Source of the DNA: an uncultured Arcobacter sp.
GTDB lineage: Bacteria > Acidobacteriota > Terriglobia > Bryobacterales > Bryobacteraceae
Direction: 5' to 3'
Assembly (NCBI GenBank): GCA_964458495.1
Contig: CAYWJB010000003.1
Span: forward strand, 163,195-227,194
DNA: 64,000 nucleotides
Within the stretch, counting starts at the first letter, position 1. Each line of letters starts with the position of its first letter. Below are positions 47,595 through 56,176 of this stretch, in pieces. Position numbers and translations under genes: made by a program. Below the pieces are notes generated by a model. The model saw only the letters and a program-made list of their open reading frames with translations. It searched no databases and was not told the origin of the DNA.

Positions 47595-50500
47595 ATGCAT
47601 ATGCGAAACGCGCTTGGTCTGGTCAGCGCCGTGGTCATCGCCGTGGTTCTTTCTGGCATGGCGGCGGCGCAAGTCTCGAACGGACGAATCGAAGGGGTTG
47701 TGACCGACCCCGCCGGCGCCGTGGTCCCGAATGCCAATATTACGGTTCGCAACAACCGTACTGGCGTATCGGTGACCGCGACGACGAACGAAACCGGGTA
47801 CTATCTCTTCCCTTCTCTTCCCGCCAGCAATTACTCGTTGTCGGTGGAGGCGCCGGGCTTCCGCAAGGCGCAGGTGGAAAACATCGAGCTGAACGTGGCC
47901 GTCACGATCCGGCAGGACGTGCAACTCGAGGTCGGTTCTTTGGCCGAGAGCGTCACAGTGGAGGCCAGCGCCATCCGCGTCAACACGTCCGACGCCCAGG
48001 TCGGCCGCAGCGTCACACTCCGCGACATCGACACCCTGCCGCAGCTCGCGCGCAACCCGATGGCGCTGGTTCCCTATACGCCCGGCGTGTCCATCGATCC
48101 TGGCGACAACTCCTTCTCCCGCGTCAACGGCACCCGGCAGGGTTCGAACAACACCCGCCTCGACGGCATCGACGCCAATGACGCCGTCGTACCCCGCCTG
48201 GGCCTCTCCCTGACCGCCTTCAACGTCGACTCGATCGAGGAGTTCCGCGTCATCACGAACGGCGGCAAGGCCGAGTACGGGCGCAACGCAGGCGGCCAGG
48301 TTGAAATGATCACCCGCTCCGGCACCAACCAGTGGCACGGCAACGCCTTCGAGTTCCTCCGCAACACGAAGCTCAACGCCAACAACTTCTTCAATAACGC
48401 CAGCGGCGTCGCCCGCCCCAAGTTCATCCAGAACACTTACGGCGCGTCGGTCGGCGGCCCCATCCTCAAGGAGAAATGGTTCATCTTTGGCAACTGGCAG
48501 AGCGTTCGCACCGCCCAGGAAGTGGTTCGCAACCGCACCGTGCTCACCAATGAGGCCAAGCAGGGCATCTTCCGTTGGACGCCCCCGGGCAGCGGCTCCG
48601 TCCAGTCGTTCAACATCGTGGCCAACGATCCCCGCGCCCTTGGCTTCGATCCCGCCACCAAGAAGCTGATCGACATGCTCCCGGCGCCCAACAACACCGA
48701 CGTCGGCGACGGGCTCAACACCGCCGGCTTCCGCTTTAACAACCCCGCCGGCTTCGACACCCACCAGTTCACCATCCGCTCCGACTACAACGTGACGGCG
48801 ACGCACCGCGTGTTCTACCGGCACAGCTACTTCAAGAACGACTTCATCGACCAGCTCAACGGGGCCGACGCCACCTTCCCCGGCCAGCCTCAGGGCACCC
48901 AGGGCGGCATCCGTTGGGGCTTCTCCATCGGTTCGGACTGGGCGATCACTCCGTCCATCGTGAACGAACTGCGCGTCGGCTACCAGTCGGCCAGCGTCGA
49001 CTTCCGCCGCCCCGCTCGCGTTGCCGGCCCGCAGGTGCTCCCCAACACCTACACCAACCCGATCCTGCCCAACTTCCCCCAGGGACGAAACTCCCCTGTG
49101 ATCGACCTGACCGAGAACCTTACATGGCTCAGGGGCAAGCACACGATCAAGACGGGCTTCACCTTCAAGCGCACCTTGCAGTATGGCTACAACGCCGCCG
49201 GTATCTATCCCAACATCAGCCTTTCGACGAGCTTCAACAACGTTCCCCCGCTGTCCATCGGCCCGTCAGGCTCCGTCATCAGCTCTGCCGACCGGCAGCG
49301 GTTCGAGAACTTCTACAACGATGTCCTCGGCCGCGTCAGCAGCATCACCACAACCTTCTATTCCGACTTGCAGCAGTTCCAGCCTGCCGGCCAGCCCCGC
49401 GTGCGAAACACCTACTTCCGCGACTGGGCGGGCTTTGTTCAGGACGACTGGAAGATCACGCGCAACCTGACCGTGAACGTGGGTATCCGTTACGAGATCT
49501 TCGGCGCCCCCACTGAAAGGGACCGTCTCCAGGGCACGCTGAAGCAGATTGAGCAGATCGGCTACTTCACGCAGCTCGACAACACGGAAATCCAGCGCGC
49601 CTCGGGCTGGTACAACACCGACAAGAACAACTTCGCGCCGCGCATCGGCTTCGCCTGGGATCCCACCGGCAACGGCAAGTGGGCGGTTCGCGGCAGCTGG
49701 GGCATCTTCTACGACCGCATGATCGGCGCCACCGCCAGCCTCGTCGACGGCAACACGCCGGGCTTCGCCCAGACCGTGCAGACCTTCCCCAACACTGCCG
49801 CCGGGTCTGATGTCCGCGTCCGCGACAACCCGGCACTGCCCGCCGCACCCCCCGCGCCGCAACTCGTGCTGCCTGCCAACCGGCAGACCTCCATCGTGGT
49901 CTTCGGACCCAACCTTCGCACCGGCTACGTCCAGCATTACAATCTCAGCATCCAGCGCGAGATCATGCGCAACACGATTCTCGACGTGGCTTACGTCCGC
50001 ACCCGCGGGATCAAGCTTTTCAACTGGGTCGACGTCAACCAGCCGCGCGTCTACGGCAACTTCCTCGAATCGTTCCGGGAAATCGTGAACTTCCAGCGTA
50101 CCGGCGCGGCCCCGTCCCCCACCAACACGCTGGTGCGCATCTTCGGCACGCCGCAGGCGGTCATCAGCCGCCTCGGCGCCACCACCGTCCAGCAACAGCT
50201 CGCCAACACGGCAGCCAACAACCTGGACCGCAACAACTACACGCTTTACACTGCCGCCGGCATCTCGCCGTTCTACCTGCGAAACTTCCCGCAGTACAAC
50301 CTGGTGCTTTTGGGCACGCAGGACGGCGCCAGCTGGTACGACTCGCTTCAGATGAGCTTCCGCCGCACGATGGGCGCGCTGAAGTTCGAAATGAACTACA
50401 CCTTCTCGAAGTCGCTCGACAACGGCAGCGCGGACGGCAACGGCTTCACCGCGCCTGTCGACAACTACAACCTGGCGCTGAACAAGGGCCGCGGCGCGGC

Positions 50501-51080
50501 GGACCGCCCGCACGTGTTCAACTGGTCCGGCACCTACACGCTGCCCATCGGCCGCGGCCGAAAATGGATGTCCGACGTCCACCCCATCGTGGACGCCCTG
50601 CTCGGCGGCTGGGACCTCGGTGTCCTGGGCAACTGGCAGTCCGGCAGCGTCTTTTCAATGTCCTCAGGCCGCCTCACCGGCCCCTCCACCGCCACCACCT
50701 TCATCAACTACAGCGGCGACCGCAACATCGGCTCGGTCCAGCGGCGAGACGGCGCCGTGTGGTACTTCACCCCCGATCAAATCGCCGCCCTCACCGCCGC
50801 CTCCGCCTTCCCGAACGCGGGCGAGATCGGCACCTCCGGCCGCAACGCCTTCCGCGGCCCGCGCTTCTTCAACTTCGACACCTCCATCGTCAAGCGGTTC
50901 AAGATGCCGTGGAGCGAACAGCACCGCGTCACCTTCCGCTGGGAGATGTACAACACTTTCAACAACGCCAACTTCGGCCTGCCCGGCGCCACCATCACGA
51001 CGCCTCAGACCGTCGGCCGTATCTCCAGCACAGTGGGCAGCGCCCGCGTCATCCAGGCCGCGCTTCGCTACGATTTCTGA
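47595..51080 (+). CDS. TonB-dependent-receptor-like outer-membrane protein with N-terminal CarboxypepD_reg domain (paralogue of 40120..43722)
   Basis: ATG 47595 lies 9 nt after AAGGAG. Signal peptide, then IEGVVTDPAGAVVPNANITV...TGYYLFPSLPASNYSLSVEAPGF. C-terminal Phe. Confidence 0.9.
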   Translation: MHMRNALGLVSAVVIAVVLSGMAAAQVSNGRIEGVVTDPAGAVVPNANITVRNNRTGVSVTATTNETGYYLFPSLPASNYSLSVEAPGFRKAQVENIELNVAVTIRQDVQLEVGSLAESVTVEASAIRVNTSDAQVGRSVTLRDIDTLPQLARNPMALVPYTPGVSIDPGDNSFSRVNGTRQGSNNTRLDGIDANDAVVPRLGLSLTAFNVDSIEEFRVITNGGKAEYGRNAGGQVEMITRSGTNQWHGNAFEFLRNTKLNANNFFNNASGVARPKFIQNTYGASVGGPILKEKWFIFGNWQSVRTAQEVVRNRTVLTNEAKQGIFRWTPPGSGSVQSFNIVANDPRALGFDPATKKLIDMLPAPNNTDVGDGLNTAGFRFNNPAGFDTHQFTIRSDYNVTATHRVFYRHSYFKNDFIDQLNGADATFPGQPQGTQGGIRWGFSIGSDWAITPSIVNELRVGYQSASVDFRRPARVAGPQVLPNTYTNPILPNFPQGRNSPVIDLTENLTWLRGKHTIKTGFTFKRTLQYGYNAAGIYPNISLSTSFNNVPPLSIGPSGSVISSADRQRFENFYNDVLGRVSSITTTFYSDLQQFQPAGQPRVRNTYFRDWAGFVQDDWKITRNLTVNVGIRYEIFGAPTERDRLQGTLKQIEQIGYFTQLDNTEIQRASGWYNTDKNNFAPRIGFAWDPTGNGKWAVRGSWGIFYDRMIGATASLVDGNTPGFAQTVQTFPNTAAGSDVRVRDNPALPAAPPAPQLVLPANRQTSIVVFGPNLRTGYVQHYNLSIQREIMRNTILDVAYVRTRGIKLFNWVDVNQPRVYGNFLESFREIVNFQRTGAAPSPTNTLVRIFGTPQAVISRLGATTVQQQLANTAANNLDRNNYTLYTAAGISPFYLRNFPQYNLVLLGTQDGASWYDSLQMSFRRTMGALKFEMNYTFSKSLDNGSADGNGFTAPVDNYNLALNKGRGAADRPHVFNWSGTYTLPIGRGRKWMSDVHPIVDALLGGWDLGVLGNWQSGSVFSMSSGRLTGPSTATTFINYSGDRNIGSVQRRDGAVWYFTPDQIAALTAASAFPNAGEIGTSGRNAFRGPRFFNFDTSIVKRFKMPWSEQHRVTFRWEMYNTFNNANFGLPGATITTPQTVGRISSTVGSARVIQAALRYDF

Positions 51081-51101
51081 GCGTCTCCTGTGCTCAGACT
51101 C

Positions 51102-51146
51102 GCCACACGGCCCGCGCCCGATCCCGGGCCGTGTGGCTCTTTTTTG
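51102..51146 (+). terminator. Rho-independent terminator
   Basis: GCCACACGGCCCG-(10 nt)-CGGGCCGTGTGGC is a 13-bp stem followed by TCTTTTTTG. It begins 22 nt after the receptor stop. Confidence 0.8.
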
Positions 51147-51180
51147 CTGCGATCCTCGCTGCCGGCCAGCCCTGCCGCCA

Positions 51181-52002
51181 TCAGGGCATCCGCGCCGCCA
51201 GCTGTGCGGCCAGTTCGGCCGCATCGCGCCCCTCGGCCACGTTCGTCCACCCGCCGATCCGTGAACCCTTCAAGAAGAAGCACACCCGCCCCAGGAAGCG
51301 GTCCTTCGCGGCAAAACCCTGCACCCCGCCCTTTAGTGGCTCGTTCGGCGAGAAGCGTTCCTTCAGCTTCTCCAGCACGCCACGCGCTGCCTCCGGCGAA
51401 TCTTCCGCCACCACCACGGCTCGCCCGTAGCCATACTGCGCCAGGTAGCCCCGTCGCAGCAGCCGCAGCCCCAACACGCTCTGCGGCACCAGCCGCGGAA
51501 AGCCCGGCTCGATGCCTTCTTTCGGAAACCAGCCAAGCGCCTCAGGCGGCGCCGTGCCGCCCGGAAGCCGGGAAGCCCACTCGAGAGCCGCCTTCCGCAG
51601 CAGCTCCGTGTGCTCGCCCTCCGGCTCCGCCGCGATTTCGGCGAAGTAATGACCCTTCACGAAGATCACCTTCCGCGGCGTTACCTGCCCGCCCGCGCCG
51701 ATCTTCTCCACCGGCAACCGCGGATCCAGATTGCCGGTGAACATGCCATAGGCATGCTCGGGGGAGGCAAACTCGCTGAGATCGACGATCAGCGTCACCT
51801 GCCCCGCCTGGCAGGTGACGCCGTGCATCTTGCGGAACCCGTAGAGAAAATAGCCCTCCGAGTTTCCGTTCATGTACTCATACAGCGTATCGGTGTCGAA
51901 CTCGCGCGCCTCGCCCTGCTGCTTCGCACCCGGCACAATGGAGCAGTCCGGCTTTTGCGCGAAAACCGAAAGCGCCACCAGCAGCGCGGGAAGCACCCTC
52001 AT
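51181..52002 (-). CDS. Hypothetical secreted protein
   Basis: 273 aa from the internal ATG (MRVLPALLVALSVFAQ). ATGA overlap with the upstream AKR stop. No family recognised. Confidence 0.7.
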   Translation of the reverse strand: MRVLPALLVALSVFAQKPDCSIVPGAKQQGEAREFDTDTLYEYMNGNSEGYFLYGFRKMHGVTCQAGQVTLIVDLSEFASPEHAYGMFTGNLDPRLPVEKIGAGGQVTPRKVIFVKGHYFAEIAAEPEGEHTELLRKAALEWASRLPGGTAPPEALGWFPKEGIEPGFPRLVPQSVLGLRLLRRGYLAQYGYGRAVVVAEDSPEAARGVLEKLKERFSPNEPLKGGVQGFAAKDRFLGRVCFFLKGSRIGGWTNVAEGRDAAELAAQLAARMP

Positions 52003-53120
52003 GCGAACAGCTCCTGCGCGCGTGCCACCTGCCGCGCCACCTGCACGCCGTTCGGGCACCGCACCGCGCACACCGCGCAATCCGAGCACCGCACCTCGCG
52101 CACGCGCTCCGGCAGCAGCCGGAACTGGTCCCGTCCCAACCCGAACTCGCCATATCCGTCGGCGTACGTCACATACCGGATCATGTCGCTCACCGGGAGT
52201 CCCTTCGGGCAGGCGCCCGTGCAGGCGCCGCACGAGCGGCAGTACACAGGGCGGATCAGGTCCAGCTGCGCCGCCAGGAGCTTCCCGTCCGGCTCCGGCT
52301 GCCAGCCCGCCACCACCGCGCGCCAGTTCTCGTCCAGCTGATCCAGGTCCAGGATGCCCGGGATCGACGTGTGTACGAACGGACGCCGCACCGCCCACTT
52401 CAGCGCCGCCGCGAAGGCGCCGGGGCGCGCCATCTTTTCCCGCATCGGATCGCCTTCCCGCAGCCGCCGGTAGCCGCCCGCCATCACCTTCATCGCCACA
52501 ATCCCGATGCCCTTGTCCGACGCTTCCTTCATCAAAGGCTCGATCTTCTCCCCCATCGCGAAGTTGTAGCTCACCAGGATCACTTCCGTCCGCCCCTTGT
52601 CGATCAGGAACCGGAACATCTGCTCGTGGTTGGCGTGGAAGCTCACCCCGCGGAAGCGCGCCTTGCCCGCCTTCACCGCCTCGTCCTGTGCGTCGAACAG
52701 TTCATCGGGGCACTCGGAGGGGTTCGACCGGTTGTGCAGGTACCACACGTCGACATGGTCGGTCTGCAGCTCGCGCAGCGACGTGTCCAGGTGCGCCAGC
52801 GCGTCGGCCTTGTTCCTGGCCGGCGTCTTCGTCGTGATGTGGACCTTCTGCCGCCGGCTCTTCAGCGCCGCGCCCACCATGCGCTCGTTGTTGCCGTTCT
52901 GGTAGCCCCGCGCCGTGTCGAACCAGTTCACGCCGGCATCGGCCGCCTGTTCGATCACCGTGGCGTCGGTCGTCGTCATGCAGCCGAATCCCAGCAGGGT
53001 CGGCTCCAGACCCGTCTTGCCCAGCTTCCGCTTCGGCATCTCGCCGGGCGCCGCCTTCAACGATCGGGGCCCTGCCAACAGAACCGTCCCCGCCAGGAAT
53101 CCTCGCCGTGTCGCCTGCAT
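51999..53120 (-). CDS. Aldo/keto reductase with C-terminal Cys-rich (4Fe-4S-like) extension, Tat signal
   Basis: 373 aa. Twin-arginine signal MQATRRGFLAG. AKR blocks are FDTARGY and DVWYLH. C-terminal Cys clusters are CRSCGACTGACP and CSDCAVCAVRCP. Confidence 0.9.
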   Translation of the reverse strand: MQATRRGFLAGTVLLAGPRSLKAAPGEMPKRKLGKTGLEPTLLGFGCMTTTDATVIEQAADAGVNWFDTARGYQNGNNERMVGAALKSRRQKVHITTKTPARNKADALAHLDTSLRELQTDHVDVWYLHNRSNPSECPDELFDAQDEAVKAGKARFRGVSFHANHEQMFRFLIDKGRTEVILVSYNFAMGEKIEPLMKEASDKGIGIVAMKVMAGGYRRLREGDPMREKMARPGAFAAALKWAVRRPFVHTSIPGILDLDQLDENWRAVVAGWQPEPDGKLLAAQLDLIRPVYCRSCGACTGACPKGLPVSDMIRYVTYADGYGEFGLGRDQFRLLPERVREVRCSDCAVCAVRCPNGVQVARQVARAQELFA

Positions 53121-53183
53121 GAAGAAATGCCTCCTTTACAGAGAATCCGGTCTGAACATACTATACAACCAGAGGCGTATTTC

Positions 53184-54218
53184 ATGGAGCACAAGGTTAC
53201 CCGACGGTTCCTGCTCGGCGCATCCGCCGGCCTTCTGGCGGTCCGGCGCCTGCCGGGCGCCCCCTCTCAGGCGCCCGTTTCCCTGGTCCGTGGCGAGAGC
53301 CGGCGCCAGAACATCCACGACGCGCTCCGGTTGCTCGACCGCGACATCCGGCAGAAGCTCGCCGGGAAGAAATGCGTCATCCTCAAGCCCAACATCGTCA
53401 ACACTGCCCGCCAGCTGGCATCCACCCACGTCGATGCGCTCCAGGGCATCCTCGACTATCTCGCCGACTGCTGGAAAGGCCCCGTCTACATCGCCGAGTC
53501 CTCCGCCGGCTTCACCACCGAAGGCTACGCCAACTTCCGCTACGAGGAGGCCATCCGCGAGCACAAGGGCATGAAGATCGAGCTGGTCGACCTCAACGAA
53601 GAAGGACAGTACGAAGTACTCCACATCCTCAACGGCGATCTGCACATCCAGCCGGTGCGGCTGGCCAGGCGGCTCTGCGATCCGGAGGCGTTCGTCATCT
53701 CCAGCGCCATGCTCAAGACGCACAACACCGTAATCGCCACGCTCAACATCAAGAACATGACGCTTGGCGCGCCCCTTCACTACCGCCGCGGGGAAACGCC
53801 TCGCTGGAACGACAAGCGCGTCTATCACGGCGGCGTGCGCCAGACGCATTACGACATCCTGCTGACCGCCCAGCGCCTGTGCCGAAACTGGGGCGTCGGC
53901 GTGCTGGACGGCTTCGAGGGCATGGAGGGCAACGGGCCGAATTCCGGCACGCCGGTCGACCACCGCATCGCCATCGCCTCCACCGACATGGTGGCTGCGG
54001 ACCGCATCGGCGCCGAAGCCATGGGCATCGACCCCGCCTGCCTCGGCTACCTGCAATGGTGTGGCGAGACCGGCGTCGGCGTCTGGGACCGTGCGCGCAT
54101 CGAGCTGCGGGGCGAGCCGCTCGAATCCGTGCGCCGCGAGTACCGCCTCCACGCCGACCTCGACCGGATGCTCCAGTGGAAGGGGCCGCTCACCGACCTG
54201 CCGCCCAAACTCGGCTGA
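53184..54218 (+). CDS. DUF362 domain protein, Tat signal
   Basis: 344 aa from ATG 53184. Twin-arginine signal MEHKVTRRFLLGASAG. DUF362-like blocks are VILKPNIV and GMEGNGP. Confidence 0.8.
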   Translation: MEHKVTRRFLLGASAGLLAVRRLPGAPSQAPVSLVRGESRRQNIHDALRLLDRDIRQKLAGKKCVILKPNIVNTARQLASTHVDALQGILDYLADCWKGPVYIAESSAGFTTEGYANFRYEEAIREHKGMKIELVDLNEEGQYEVLHILNGDLHIQPVRLARRLCDPEAFVISSAMLKTHNTVIATLNIKNMTLGAPLHYRRGETPRWNDKRVYHGGVRQTHYDILLTAQRLCRNWGVGVLDGFEGMEGNGPNSGTPVDHRIAIASTDMVAADRIGAEAMGIDPACLGYLQWCGETGVGVWDRARIELRGEPLESVRREYRLHADLDRMLQWKGPLTDLPPKLG

Positions 54219-54255
54219 CGCCTGCCGCCGCCGTCTGCGGGATAATGCCGGAAGC

Positions 54256-56157
54256 ATGGTTCGCCGCGAGTTCCTGGGGCTGATGCCCGCAGCCGCGCTT
54301 GCCCAGCGGGGCAAGAAGAAAGAGGCCCAGCAGCCGCCCCCTCCTCCGCCTCCGGGCGAGCGAGTCCGCCAGGCGTTTCTGGAGATCGTCCGCGGGTACC
54401 TGGATGCCGCCCGCCGCACCTCGCCCACGCTCGCCGTGGTCGAGTTTCCCCAGGCCACGGTCACGAAGAATTTCCTGGCCCGCTCCGGTCTCAGCGCCAC
54501 CGGCGTCACCCGCATGCTGCCCGCACTCGCCGCCTGGGCTGCCGGCGGACGCCAGCCCGATCTCGGCGTGCGCGAGGCCCTGGTCTCGGCCTTCGCCAAC
54601 GGCACGGATCCCGATTCGCCAGACTACTGGCTCCCCTCGCCGGAGGACCGCCAGAACCAGCGGCAGGTGGAGGCATCGATCGTCGCCTGGAGCCTCTGGA
54701 CGGCGCGCGATATCATCCTGCCCGCCCTCGACGCCCGCCAGGTGCGCAACGTCGCCGCCTGGCTCTCGAGCTGCTGCCGCGTCCCCGTGCGCAACAACAA
54801 CTGGGCCTGGTTCACCGCCGTCGTCCAGGCCGCCTGCCGCCGGCTGGGCGAGATCCACCCCGAATTCGCCTTCGACGAGAAGTGGATGCTCGACGATCTC
54901 CGCGCCCTGGATTCCATGGCCGCCGGCGGCTCCGGCTGGTACAACGACACGTTTAAAGGCGCCGCCTTCGATTACTACAACTCCTGGGTCTTTGCCTCGC
55001 ATTTCCTTTACTGGAACGAACTCGTCGGCCGGCTTTATCCGGAATACGGCGGAAAATTCGCCGAGCGGCTCAGAAATTATCTGGAAATCGCGCCTTATTT
55101 CTTTGCCAATCACGGCGGCCACGTTCTTTACGGGCGCTCGCTCATCTACCGCTGGGCCTGCCTGACGCCCTTCGTGCTCGCCTGGCGGCAGGGGCTCTGG
55201 CCGCACGCGCCGGGCCTCCTGCGCCGCCTCGTGGAGCGCAACATCCTCTGGCAGTGGGACCTGGGTGCCTTCGACGCCGCCGCCGGCAAACTCCGCGAGA
55301 CTTACACGCGCGAGGGCACGCGCGACATCTGCGAATCCTACATCGACGGCGGGCACCCCTACTGGGGCATGCAGGCGTTCGACTTCTGGAGAATCCCCGA
55401 CGGCGACCCCTTCTGGACCGCCCCGCCCGAGCCGCTTCCCGTGGAGAAGTCCGATTACGCCATCGCCGTCCCCGAAGCCGGCCTTCTGGTCCGCGGCATC
55501 CGGGCCAGCGGGCAGGTGTGGATTTACAACACGCTTTCCACGAAAACCGAGCCGCATTATCGCGACAAATACGACAAATTGGCATATAATTCCCACTTCC
55601 CCTTCGCCGTCAACCACGACCCGCAAAGGCCCACGCCGGATAATACGGTCCTGTTGCGCGACCCCGCCACCGGCGAGTGCGCCTGCCGCGGTCCGGTCGA
55701 GGAGAGCTCTGTCGAGGCAGAGAGCGTGGAGCTTGTGTACGAGATCCGTCTGCGCGGCGTCACCGCCCGAGTGCGAACCACCATCCGCTGGCGAGGCGAC
55801 TTCGAGCTGCGCTCCCACTTCGTCACCGTCTCGGGCGAGAGGCTCGAGAAACTCGAAATCCTGGAAGGCGGCGTCCCCTACACGGACCGCCCCGCCAGCC
55901 TGAACCTCGGCGCCATGCAGGAGTTCTTCCCCGAGGTTCACCTCAAGGTCTGGAACTTGCGGGGCTGGAAGGGCGCCCGCACGGAAGAGCACGGCGGCAG
56001 CGTCTGGTACGGGGCGCACAAGGTGCAGCTGGTCTGGGCGCCGCTCGGGCCGAAAATGTCCCTGGCGTCGCTCCGCTACACCAGCCCGAAGGCAGTGCCG
56101 AAGGAGAAGGTGGAAGAGGAGGCGCAGCGCTTCGCCGCCCTGTACCGGGGTTATTGA
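54256..56157 (+). CDS. DUF2264 domain protein
   Basis: 633 aa from ATG 54256. The N-terminus MVRREFLGLMPAAALA is Tat-like. NNWAWF and YGRSLIYRW blocks resemble DUF2264. Confidence 0.75.
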   Translation: MVRREFLGLMPAAALAQRGKKKEAQQPPPPPPPGERVRQAFLEIVRGYLDAARRTSPTLAVVEFPQATVTKNFLARSGLSATGVTRMLPALAAWAAGGRQPDLGVREALVSAFANGTDPDSPDYWLPSPEDRQNQRQVEASIVAWSLWTARDIILPALDARQVRNVAAWLSSCCRVPVRNNNWAWFTAVVQAACRRLGEIHPEFAFDEKWMLDDLRALDSMAAGGSGWYNDTFKGAAFDYYNSWVFASHFLYWNELVGRLYPEYGGKFAERLRNYLEIAPYFFANHGGHVLYGRSLIYRWACLTPFVLAWRQGLWPHAPGLLRRLVERNILWQWDLGAFDAAAGKLRETYTREGTRDICESYIDGGHPYWGMQAFDFWRIPDGDPFWTAPPEPLPVEKSDYAIAVPEAGLLVRGIRASGQVWIYNTLSTKTEPHYRDKYDKLAYNSHFPFAVNHDPQRPTPDNTVLLRDPATGECACRGPVEESSVEAESVELVYEIRLRGVTARVRTTIRWRGDFELRSHFVTVSGERLEKLEILEGGVPYTDRPASLNLGAMQEFFPEVHLKVWNLRGWKGARTEEHGGSVWYGAHKVQLVWAPLGPKMSLASLRYTSPKAVPKEKVEEEAQRFAALYRGY

Positions 56158-56176
56158 AGCCGGTCCCGCTGCCCGC

